From Blastocystis sp. subtype 4 (lineage: Eukaryota), in assembly GCF_000743755.1 (NCBI RefSeq), contig NW_014569444.1, positions 1 to 32,827 on the forward strand: DNA of 32,827 nt, given 5' to 3'. Positions 1 through 11,135 of this stretch are shown here, piece after piece; position 1 is the first letter of the stretch; each line of letters starts with the position of its first letter. Below the pieces are notes generated by a model. That model was not told where the DNA came from, ran no database searches, and saw only the letters and a list, made by a program, of their open reading frames with translations. The position numbers and the translations under genes are program-made.

Positions 1-2269
1 CGCTGAACAATCCTTACAATCACATTTGTGATAGAAATGAGGAGGTAACACCAGACCACCTGTAATCTCACGGAACTGACTACCCAGAATCGCACGACCA
101 GCAGGCCATTCCTTTCCATTAGGATCCTTCCACACACTGCTATGATAGATGTTACATTGACGAGCAATGGCCTTTGCTGTCTCCATGTTGTCTCCTGTCA
201 CCATTCGCACAAAGATACCAGCCTTCTGACAGTCCAACACCGAATCAGGCACCTCAGGACGTACAGGATCCTGGCAACCCAACAATCCCACAAGAGTCAA
301 CTGACTCTCCACAGCAGGACAATCACCCACACCCTTCTGTTCCTCTGTTCGATAAGTCACCATCTCATCCCAGTCCCGAAATCACGATAAGCAAATGCCA
401 ACACACGAAGAGCCTGTCGAGCCATAGGATAGATACAATGCTCCACAATACGCTTACGTGAACCATTTCCAGAGAGATTTCCCTCAGAGTCTTCCTCAAA
501 AGTACCAGTCAATTCCTTCTTACTACCATCGGGCAGAATCATGTCATCACACAAACGAATAACCATTTCAGGGGCTCCTTTCACATACAGACGATATTTG
601 CCATTACTGAGACGCACCAAACATGAAGATCTCTTACGATTCGAGTGGAACGGGAATCGTTTGATAATACCAGTAGTATCACCTCCATTCACTTCAGGCA
701 TTTCTTCTCGAACTTTAGTATATTCGATGCCTATCAATCTACACCATCGTAGGAAGGCAATATCTAAAGCAGATCCAACACCTCGTTCCTTTCCATCTTT
801 ACCAATTGTTAAATAAGCCTCATTATTCAGAATTGCATTCTGTGTAAGAGGTTGGAGTAATGGTTCAGCGATATGACGACAGGAATCCAAAAATGCGTCC
901 ACTTCAGCTTGGTCACCTCGTTTCAACTCACTCAGTAATTTGGTCTGTTTCTCAGGATTATAAACCCATCCTTGAACCACAGTCATTTGATTCTGTGTGA
1001 GAGTTCCAGTCTTATCCGAACAAATGGTGTTTGCTCCTCCCATGGTCTCGTACCAAGTTGTTATCAGTCATCATTCGTTTCACAGAGTAAGCCAAAGCAA
1101 TTGCAACGGCCAAAGGCAGACCCTCAGGAATAGCCAGTACAAGAATAGCAACACCAGTAGTGAAAGCATCCAACACTTCATTCCAATTCTCCTTTGCCCA
1201 GTAAGGATTACCAGCTTCATCTACAGTACCGTTTCCATTGAAAAAGTGATACAAATGAGTTCCGACAATGATTACCACTGTCACAATAGCCATGAAACCA
1301 CCAACACCAGAAAGTTGTTTTGTGAGATGAGATAACTTGATCTGAAGAGGTGTGAACTCATGACCGCCTGATTCAATCATTGATCTCATATGACCAAATA
1401 CAGAATTAGGTCCTACAGCTACGACAACCATCGTCAAAGATCCTTCGTGACATTCGGTTGAGGATACGATGAATGGGTTTTTGGCTCCCTTCTCAACCTG
1501 ATCTGATTCACCTGTGAGTTTCGATTCATCCATTTTCACATTGTTACCAGAGAGATAATAACCATCAGCAGGAACTGTGTCTCCCGCTGTAACTTGAACG
1601 ATATCTCCCACAACCAGATCATCCACAGGAATTTGGACTTGACGGGAATCACGAATCACGGTTATGTTTGATTTGTTGTTCTCAGCATTCAACGCTCGGA
1701 ACTGTTTATCTTTCTGAAGATCATTAATGGCAGAAACATTCAGACAAACAAGGATGGTAACGATGATAGCAAAACCATCGAACCATCCTGTCTGTATACC
1801 ATGTGTATATATACCCAAAATAATAGAGATGATAGAGGAAATGGTTAGCAGAATGATCGTGAGATCATGCATGCCAATCCAAATCAACTCCCAGTACGTT
1901 ACACCCTTCACTGCCTCACGCTTGTTTGTACTGTAGCGTTCCAGACGTTGAGGGTCATTCACTTGCTCCGAAGTGAGTCCCTGATACATTACAGATCCGT
2001 ATCACACTTACCTTTTGGGGGTCAGTACCCAGCGAAGTCATCAACTTGTCGATTCCACCAAAACGATCAATCGACTTGGCCCCATCGTTTTCAAACTGCC
2101 AGTCAAATAGACTATCCTTCTTTGATGCACTAGGGGCACTTAAGTCCTCAGCAGACCACGTAAAGACTTCTGCATTCTAAAAGTAACAAGAAGCCATAGA
2201 GCCCACGTCATGTTGCTTCTGTACAATGCTAATAGTTGTAAGTTCGACATTTTGTTCCTTCTTTTCCAT
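1..2269 (-). CDS. PMCA: P-type IIB (PMCA-like) Ca2+-transporting ATPase, 3' end runs off the window; two apparent frameshifts (possible pseudogene or assembly error)
   Basis: ATG 2269 ([10 protein letters not shown]...); introns 2177-2206 (30 nt) and 1981-2011 (31 nt). Motifs [50 protein letters not shown]. Frame breaks at about 1047-1051 and 376-377 are not explained by GT-AG introns. Confidence 0.93.
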
Positions 2270-2582
2270 AAATAAAAAATGAAGACTTTGAGAAGAGTGC
2301 CGTTCCGGGAGTTATGAATCTTCCACGAGCCAATCATTTTTGGACTTTGTGGCGTGCGTTTCATTTTGAGAATAGTTGAGGCCTAAGACCTTCATTCTTC
2401 TTCTTTTCGTATCACTTCAGGGGTGATTCGTATAAATGAGTTTGGGATTGGTAGAAATTTGATAAGACGATGGCTATTCCAGGTTCTCCTTTCCTGTACG
2501 TTTGCTAGGTCTGAGTGTCTTCGGATGGATTATTAAAGACCTCTATCATGAAAAGAAACAGGTTTCCAAATAATACTCATTG

Positions 2583-3390
2583 TCAATTCTTTTGTTCTTG
2601 CTCTTTTTCTTCGACAGAGACTGTGGAAGTCGTTTTCTCTTGAAGTGGAAGTATCATTGTCAAAAGGAGAATCCATAACTATTGTTAACTAGGTCCCGTA
2701 GAACCCACTCCATAAGATAATAGAAGTGCATAAAACAGAATATCCTTTATGGACAATGCTAAAGGCCTAAAGAAAGTCAGGATCTCTCCATTTGATTCAC
2801 GAACAGATTGAGAGACAGTTGTAACATAATTCAGATACGAAATCCGGTACCCGAAATACACCATTGTTGCAATCACGAATCCCAGCCTCCAATAGGAATA
2901 CTACTTTTTGATTCAATATGAAAAGTCTACGATACGTCGTGCTGATGGGTTCGTTGCGAGATTGCAAGCGAGGGGAAGGATGGAGAGAGGGATGAGAGGC
3001 AATCCAATTCCTGAAATGATAAGAGCTGCCTATTGTTGAACTTGTGGGTAGAATCATTACTGTTTCTACAACGGCAACAAGATGGAGATATTCTGGACGG
3101 TACAAATACCATTCCAAACGACTGTTTCGAACGCAGTTGTAATAATCCTCAATCCGATTCATTTCAATGACTTCTCATCTCGACGTCATTCTTTGACAAG
3201 ACGAAGAAACTTATGGAAACGGATCGACTACCTGGTACCGAATATTTGTGTGTTTCTAGGAACAGAACAGTACATAGCATGTCCATGAACACCATTGACT
3301 CCAATTCGTTGTCCTATCGTTATCTCTTTCAATCCACTATCCAATCATCCGATCTACACGAAAAGTAATAAGAACCGTGGAAATGTTCAT
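2583..3390 (-). CDS. Multi-pass membrane protein with weak resemblance to GPI transamidase subunit GAA1/GPAA1; 5' exon structure uncertain
   Basis: Removing about 30-nt GT-AG introns (3030-3060, 2901-2930 and one near 2680-2708) gives ...YLHLVAVVETAALIISGIGLPLIPLSILPLAC...YWRLGFVIATMVYFGY...ILFYALLLSYGLWILLLTMILPLQEK...KN* (TGA 2583-2585). TGTTTCTT lies downstream at 2553-2560. The GAA1 likeness is by eye only. Confidence 0.5.
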
Positions 3391-3493
3391 AAGTGTCTAT
3401 CGACTAATCTCCTTGTATCTAAGTTCGTTCCCTCAGCGAATCTGTTTACTGTCTTCCAAAAAGTCATTCTGAGAAATAGATTGAAGTTTTTCC

Positions 3494-4534
3494 ATGGTTT
3501 GGCTGAAATGAGAATCATGAGGTCTAGGATTTCATTAACAAGTTAATTCCACGAAAGAAGGAGATTGAATTCGAAATCACCGTGAAGAATGAAGATAATC
3601 ACCAGAAGTACCGTTTAGAGCTCATGAGCAATGAAATCTTCTTTTTCCCTATTTTTGGAGTACTTCTATTTTATTGGAAGCAGTGATGCATAGGCAAAGG
3701 AAGATATTAAAGGATCTGTGAACATTCACGTTCCTGGCCGAAATCGCTTGGAACACACAGGTATTTCGATTCAGCTGATTGGTGTAGTTATCGACTTCTC
3801 GAATGGTGTAGTCACTCACGAATTTTTGCAGGAAGAGAGATCTCTTGAACCAGCTGGTGTAATTATGGGCAAGAAAGTACGAAAAATGGAAAGGAGTCAT
3901 TGTTAGTCCTATAAATACTCGTTCAAGAAAGTGTCCAAAAAGTTCGAATCGTATTATGGTATGAACGTTCGTGTTCGTTACTGCCTTCGTGTGGTGGCCA
4001 CAAGACCGTATCGTCCCAACCTAGTTGAAGAAAAGGAGATCTGGATTATTCGAAAGGAAAAAGAGCCCCAAAGTATGCATCCCATCCGAATGGAAGTGGG
4101 TGTTGAAGAGTGCCTACAGATTGAGTTCAAGTTCGATAAAGACACATACAATCTAAATGATATGATCACTGGTAACATACATTTCATTCTTGCTCGCATT
4201 CGTATCCTCCATATGGATATTGAACTCATTCGAAAAGAAATTGTTGGCAGCGGTGATCGTGAAGTCATTGAAAGTGAAGTTCTGACTAAGTTTGAAATTA
4301 TGGACGGACTTCCTGTCAAGGATGAGGTGATTCCCGTGCGCATGTATTTGAAACCTTATGACTTGACTCCTTCATTCCGCAGTGTTGATCGATTGTTCTC
4401 TTTGAAGGTAGATTTTTTGGAGTGGTTGTGAGAAATAGTACTTTATCAATCTTGTGTTGGTAGATTCCGAAGAAAGACGTTTTTTTAAGCAGCAAGAGAT
4501 CATCTTGTGGAGAGCTACTGAAGAATCGGAATAG
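3494..4534 (+). CDS. VPS26: Retromer subunit VPS26
   Basis: Spliced (4 introns): M|DFINKLIPRKKEIEFEITV...LEHTGISIQLIG...KKFESYYGMNVRVRYCLRV...PIRMEVGVEECLQIEFKFDK...KFEIMDGLPVKDEVIPVRMYL...YFINLVLVDSEERRFFKQQEIILWR; TAG 4532-4534. Confidence 0.95.
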
Positions 4535-4542
4535 TTTTTATT

Positions 4543-4550
4543 TGTTTGTT
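4543..4550 (+). terminator. TGTTTGTT 3'-end/polyadenylation element (VPS26)
   Basis: Exact motif 8 nt after the TAG. Confidence 0.8.
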
Positions 4551-4585
4551 GTCCAGTTGAAGGACTTACGAACGAGATTGGAGAT

Positions 4586-4996
4586 ATGCGTTGTGAAAAT
4601 ACATCTTATTCAATCCTAGAAGGTGATTCCTCTCAGTCTTCTTCTCCAACACAGAATTCCACTTCCTGTATTTATTATTATTCAAACCAATTGATAGATC
4701 CTAGAAAACGAAGAGGAAGCTCGTTTGATTCTACAAGTTCTGAAAATGACATTTCGCTAGCTTATAAGGATCCGACAAATGACAAAGAAGATATTATTGC
4801 TGTTTTGAGAAAGCAACGTACTTCTTCTACGGTCCATGTAGCAACAGATGTGGATTCTGAGAATTGTAATTATCTCAATGATGTCGCCTGTATCATCCTG
4901 GTAGGTATTATTATGCTTCTTGTACTTTTGTTCACTTCGCATGGTTTACTTTTTTCTTTCACACCCTTCCTTTTCATGCAATCTCATTTCCTTTAA
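4586..4996 (+). CDS. Small hypothetical protein, Ser-rich N-terminus with a C-terminal transmembrane helix
   Basis: 136-aa ORF filling the space between VPS26 and eIF3i; likely in-frame 30-nt intron 4668-4697; hydrophobic segment VACIILVGIIMLLVLLF. Confidence 0.55.
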   Translation: MRCENTSYSILEGDSSQSSSPTQNSTSCIYYYSNQLIDPRKRRGSSFDSTSSENDISLAYKDPTNDKEDIIAVLRKQRTSSTVHVATDVDSENCNYLNDVACIILVGIIMLLVLLFTSHGLLFSFTPFLFMQSHFL

Positions 4997-5002
4997 CAAA
5001 CA
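4995..5002 (-). terminator. TGTTTGTT element (eIF3i)
   Basis: AACAAACA on the + strand, 12 nt past the TAA. Confidence 0.8.
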
Positions 5003-5014
5003 ACACAACCACAT

Positions 5015-6224
5015 TTACTGTTTCGTAGCCATAGCTTCCAACTCACGCAAACGTTTCTCTTCATTTGCATCCTAGCCATTACTTCCCTCATTCACTCCCA
5101 CTTTCTTGAAGTACTCGTCGTCAAAGAAGCATAGACGCACATATCCATCTTCTCCTCCAGTAATGAAACTACCGTTCATCTCTCTCTTCTTGCCTACCTC
5201 TTTCCATCAGGACTAAACTGGACACTGTTCATAGTTCCGAATGAACCTTTCACTCGACCAATCTCCTCCTTCACTGCATAGTTGAAGAACAAAGATTCCA
5301 TTTTCTGTGTACGAGTAGTCGTCACATCACGAGCTTCCACTCCTCCTACCACCACCATATGATCAAATATGGGGGATAGCGCAACACCATTCAAAGGACG
5401 ATCCGTTTTATAACAAGCCAATTCTTCGTACGTCAGCATATCATAAATCTTTGCAGATGCATCTTTAGAAGAAGTAGCAAACATCGTTCGATCATAGGAT
5501 GCAATCAACGATGTAATATCTCCTTCATGTGCTTCAATCGTTTTATTTAATTTGCCTGATTCAGCGTCTACAATCCGAATATGACCATCCGTACAACTAA
5601 CGATAAGATCAACCTAGAGACATTACCCAAGAATAAGTGACTTGTTCAGAGGAGACCAAATGACAGAAACGATGTTCACGGAGAGTGGACAAACGTCTTT
5701 AATGACAATAAGAGGATCCTTTAAATTCTCCATACCCACAGACAGATCATATATAAACAGACAGCTCTAGTACTATTAACAGATAGAAGATCAACATACT
5801 CCATTTCGAGCAAAGGACATTGTGCCTAAGCAAAGGAACTTATCACCTTCACTCACAGCTACGGTACGGATGGGACTATCGAGAGAAATTGTTTTTATCA
5901 CCTTTCCAGTGTTCACCTCCCAGATAATGCTCTTTGATTCCATAGATGCAGAAATGAGGTATTTTGTATCACCTAAACGATTACATACATGTTTGAATCA
6001 GTTCCTACTCGTTGTATCAAGCTGGAAAACAGCTCCATCATGACCGTGGAAAACACCAATTCGTTCACCCGTTGATGCTCTCCACATAGTTGGAGTTGAG
6101 TCCTTTGCAGCACTGAAGAAAACATCACCATCTGGGCTATACTTCAGATAGGTGATAGCTCTCTCATGTCCATGCATAAGAATGGGTCTCTACAAGTCAT
6201 TCCAGTCCACCTCTTTAGTACCAT
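5015..6224 (-). CDS. EIF3I: Eukaryotic translation initiation factor 3 subunit I (WD40; TIF34)
   Basis: M|RPILMHGHERAITYLKYSPDGDVFFSAAKDSTPTMW...GERIGVFHGHDGAVFQLD...TSSKDASAK...YKTDRPLNGVALSP...GGVEARDVTTT...EEIGRVKGSFGTMNSVQFSPDG...GGEDGYVRL; TAA 5015-5017; several about 30-nt introns. Confidence 0.95.
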
Positions 6225-6355
6225 CGTTGTATACTGGCTAGGACAAACAAGAATTGAGAGAATATGATTCCCGCGGTTCTTGAGTCAACCACCTTCGTTG
6301 CATCTTGGGATCCCTTCGATTGCATGATTGCGATAATACAGGAACCAATAAAGGA

Positions 6356-8314
6356 ATGCTGTCACCTGTGACTACCACGGTCCTGTCATTTGTGGTTGTC
6401 ATTGTAGGGATCCTCATTTCTGCTCATGTTCAGATTGTTACTTACATATCCTATCAGATTTCTTCGTATTATACTCGTAAGGGTCGAGGAAACCTCTTTG
6501 TGTTAATCAATGCGACCATCTCATTTGCTTTATGTTTTTCTATTCTAGCAGTCTATGTTAACGACATTTATGCGTAAGTACCAGGGTCCAGATTTTATTA
6601 TTAGATTAGTCTACCAAGGGGATCATGGAATCATTCGTCATCTTATGTCCATTATGCTTGTAATTTATATTCTCCACACACTTTTGATTGTTCCTGCATT
6701 AGCTGTATCTGTTATTCTCTCCTGGTACTGTAGATTCTTCTTTACGATCGAAAAGGTGAATCCATTTTCCCAAGCGTATAAACATAATGATTTGAATGAT
6801 CTATAGTTTAAAAACCGATACACTTTGTTCGTTGTGATTGCTGTGTTCCTCGTTACTTTATTTGTCATCAGTATCTTTGCAACTGTTTGAATTCAACGGT
6901 ATTGATGATTCTAGAACCAATTCCATTCATCCATCGATCCTGTCTATCTACTTCTTTCTGAAAGTGAGGTTGCTGATTACGGATTTGTTCTCTATCTCCT
7001 CGGTAAGTCCTCTTGTTTCTATCAATTCCAGTATTCATCTTTATTATTGGAATTCCAACATTCCTCATGTACTTATCTATTGGAATGCTTTCAAATCCTC
7101 TCTCCATGCTTCTTTCACACAAGAATGCGAATGGTCCAGATTTGTTCAATACTGGCCCTATTGTTCAATATGTTGAAGTTGACTGTGTACAATGCGTGTA
7201 ACTCGTAGAATGAGGACAAAGCATCCGATCCGGAGGATTACATCACATCTACCGAGTGGGCGTTTCACTGTCATAAACAATAATTAGGGGTATTTCTGGA
7301 GTCACACTCTCTTCGTTACAGAAATCCTTAGTGGTTGAAAAGACTCATGAGCAGACAATCGTGATAAAGAGTGAGTTTAGCAAGGGTTGGGTTACGAGAA
7401 TGATTGAAGGACATCCTAAGATAAATATCCAATCATTTGGAGTACAAGAATCCTTCATTAGCATGACAGACAACAGGTGTGTTGATTATGGTATATTCGT
7501 GTTTTCTTTTGATTTGTTTGTTATCTGGCTTATATAGCCGGGTGAGAGATAGATTTCTCCATGATGAGTAGATTCGGTATGGAGAATGGAATTATGGGTT
7601 ATTAGTATTGGATGAGACGCAAGCAGACACATTATTCGATAGAGTGATCCTTGTTACGAGATATTCATAGTAGGTCCTTTACTTGGCAGATGAATATCAT
7701 TTGGACTATATTGTGTTTGTTGTGACTGGTATGAGAGTTGGTTTCATGAGACGTAGTTATCTTTCTCATGCTTGTGTTCATGGAAGGGCAAGTCTCAGCT
7801 GGAGTTCGTTTGTTCTTGGGTTCAATATCCTTGCTTTTACTATTCATTGAATCCTTCATCGAATCCTTCCTATCTTCGGTATCTTAATACTTCAGCTGTG
7901 ACAATGCTGGAGTTCACATTCAACAATGCCACAGCTGTAATTCTGACACTCTCTGTTATATCAATCATGGCACCTCAATATACCATGTTCGGAACTCAGA
8001 CCATTGGAAGTGATGGAACTGTTTGTACACTCAGAACTGCTGCTTTTCATCCAATTGAATGTGAACTGTCTTCTGTAGCAAGCTTTCTCGTTGCAGCAGA
8101 AGCACAATCAGTGGTGTTTGGATATGGTGAGATTATAGTGTGTGTTCTATTGATTCTTGTTGTGTTTGTTGTGGCTTTGTGGCCCTTTATTTCGTCCTAC
8201 TGCATACAGATTCTGCCGTATGGAATATCGGAGTTCTTTGAAACGATGAATTGGACTCGGTTTGGATCCCAAAAGAAGGACGAAGGTGAAATTGTTGTAG
8301 GTGATTTGTTTTGA
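6356..8314 (+). CDS. LMBRD1: LMBR1-family membrane protein, LMBRD1-like (lysosomal cobalamin export escort)
   Basis: Many TM helices across about 30-nt introns. HLDYIVFVV..IFLMLVFMEG...GVRLF and APQYTMFGTQT resemble LMBRD1 PLDYIL...GIWFFW and APQYVMYGSQ. TGA 8312-8314. One unresolved frame junction at 7819-7895. Confidence 0.75.
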
Positions 8315-8322
8315 TAGTTCTA

Positions 8323-8330
8323 TGTTTGTT
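8323..8330 (+). terminator. TGTTTGTT element (LMBRD1-like)
   Basis: Exact motif 8 nt after the TGA. Confidence 0.8.
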
Positions 8331-8518
8331 TGAATGGGTTGTGAGAGGCACTCATCGAACGAATTGCAACAGTAACAGAGACAACAACAAATCCTCTCTG
8401 TAACAATAATAGATCCCCTCATTCACTCCGAAACAAGAACTTTCTAGAAAATTTCTTGCTTTGATTGGATCGAGAACCGCGGTTCTTCGGTAGTATCAAA
8501 AGACTTACCCATTTATTC

Positions 8519-11110
8519 ATGAGTTGTTCTGTGTGTTGTTCCGATATTACTGATTTCGCATTTGGACCTTGCAACCACAAGGACTTCTGCGCCAAGTGTA
8601 TGCTTCACTGGGTCTTATTGTATAAAGAAACCAAATGTCCCAGTTTCAAAGTACACTATTTTTGGGCTTTGTAATAAAACAGGAAGAATTAACATCCCTT
8701 GTGATTACGACAAATCCAACAGCTACTTTCGAAGACACGGTGAATAACCCCCAAACTGTGTTTGACAACAAGTTGAATATATATTTCGAGTCACAAGAAC
8801 TGGCAGACGTCTACCATGCTCGTTTGGGTTTACGTTGTCCAATTTGTTATCAGGAATATGCTTCCAAGAAGAAAACGTCGAATCCTCTGTTTAAGACCCA
8901 AAAGGAGTTGATAAAGCATGTTACATTGGAACATCAACTAACAATGTGCGATTTGTGTCTAGCAAATTTGAAAGTGTTTCCATATGAAATGTTATGTTTC
9001 ACAAGAGAAGTACTGGCCTCAACTGTGAAGTCATTCATAGGAATATGTGAAGCATCTTCGACATGGAATCACCGATCCAAATCTGGATTACCGTGTCGAT
9101 CCCCACACCGTAGATACAGTAAATGCAATTAACAAATAGTCATGTCGATTCTGCCATAAACGCTTCTTTGATGAGAAATCATTGATTGAACATTTAGAAC
9201 ATTCTCATCAGCACTGCATCTTCTGTCCGCCGGAAGCAAATGCTGTCATATTTATGGAATTGTATTTATTGTGTAGTATTTTAATAGTCCAAAGGCTCTT
9301 ATCCATCATTACGAAACATGTCATTTTGTTTGTGATCATCCTTCCTGTGCTGGTCAGGCTTTCAGTGTATTTAACACTCGGTTAGAACTCATGGAGCATA
9401 AGATGCGGGCACATGGAGAACGTGAAACAGTAAATGTGATTTTATTGCAAATCCGTCATTCATAGTTAGCCGATCTCTTTGCATCTGATGCCAGCCAACA
9501 ACCCAAAACAGAGGAAATCACAGAAAAACAAATTGAGAAGGCAAAAACGTATCTCGTTGAGGATCCTTCAGGATGGTCAGAAGAGGAGATTCGAAGACGG
9601 AATCAGAAATTAGTAGAAGAATTGAACGAAGTGTTTGGACATGATGAGGGAAAGTTGGAACGATACCAGAAGTTATGTGGCCAGTTTATTCGTGGTAAGG
9701 TTTCGTGTGCTGTGTTTCATGATTTGTCACTGAATGTACTTTTGTCATGAATGCATTCATCATAGTTGATTGGTCATACTCATATTACGGTCTTCTCTCA
9801 TTTGATTAGTTTAGTATCAGATCCAGTGAAGCGACATGTTCTGGAGACACTTTTCCGAGAAGCCAAAGGAAGGAAGTCAACACAGTTATCACGGGAATTT
9901 CTTCAATCGATTGGAGCCAATACGTGTACTTCAACATCTGAATCCCCGCGGGATTCAGATGATTCTTCTGGGCTTCGGAAGGCTCAATCGGCAGGTGATT
10001 TGACGCAACTGAAGGAGAAATCCGAGCCAGCCAAACCAGAGACAGAACCATGGAAATCGATTCCTTATCCAAGTTCTCTTCCTATTGGTCGATCATTACA
10101 AAATCAGTGGAAAGAGTGGAAATGGGAATTAGATGTCGAATCTGAATTGGGATCCTTGTTAGTGGAAAAACGTAAAGTGGTTAGTTATGAGTTCTTGATA
10201 AACATGGCTGAGGCAATGATTGATATGGTTCGTGTGTTAGATGAAGTCCTATACAGTCGAGCCAAGCATGAATCTTGGCCAGGTGTGGAAGCAGAGAAAC
10301 TGGAGAATATTGTGATGGTGATACATGAACAGACTGAACGTCAACTTCCCTCAGTTGACTGGTTGCCAATGTTTGGAATAAGTGAACGACATATTCAAGA
10401 ATTCGAGCTGTTTTATGACGTGTTCAAAAACGGGTCTTCTTTTGTCATACCAAGTACATTGGCAGTGAATCGTGCCAAGAAGGATTTGGAAGATATTCCC
10501 GCGGGAGAATTGAATTTGATTCGAGTCACCTTAGCGGGTATTATTGATGAGTCTGTGAGAAGATTGAAGTAGGAATAGGAATGAAATGTGATTAGATAGA
10601 ATTGTAACAAAGGATGCTGAAGAAGAAAAGAAAAAAAGAATGGCGCCTTTGGCAATTCCAGAAAAACCAGTGAAAGAGTATTCACTTCCTTTGAAACCGA
10701 AAAAGAAATCTGTTTGGGGAAAACCCTCGGAAACAGTTTCATTTCCCTCTTTGCCAACCAATCAAATCAACTCAATTTTCCCTCCACTTCCTGAGAAGAA
10801 GCCACAACTGTTGGCTGGCAAGCCTGTTGTGATCAAGAAGCGGAAACAGGGATCTTTGGAGCCTCTGAATTATGGAAGAATTATTGAATCTCCTCGAGAA
10901 TCGAGATCTGAAGAGATTTCACCTAAGAGTGAAGCTCCTTTGTCATCTCGTTTTTACACACCTCCACTATCAACAGCACCTAAGTCAACTGTAGTTGAAG
11001 GTTGGGGTGTTCGAGATGATCCTGTGGAGAAGGCAATAGAGAAGGCATTGAAAGAGAGTGAAAAGAAGAAGAAAGGAAAAGGGAATCGAGGTGTTCGCAT
11101 TGTATTTTAG
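8519..11110 (+). CDS. ZNF598: ZNF598/Hel2-like RING E3 ubiquitin ligase (ribosome quality control)
   Basis: N-terminal RING CSVC...CNHKDFCAKC...CPS(F)K, then C2H2 fingers (CPIC...HVTLEH, CDLC..LKVFPYE, HPSCRFCHKRFFDEKSLIEHLEHSH, HFVCDHPSC...HKMRAH); low-complexity tail ending KKKKGKGNRGVRIVF* (TAG 11108-11110). Confidence 0.88.
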
Positions 11111-11135
11111 TAAATATGTTTGAAAAAAACAAATG

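Noticed and set aside
1..60. Cys-rich HKCDCKDC stretch in the PMCA cytosolic domain
   Set aside because: Truncated by the window edge, and I recall similar Cys-rich loops in other protist PMCAs, so novelty cannot be claimed.
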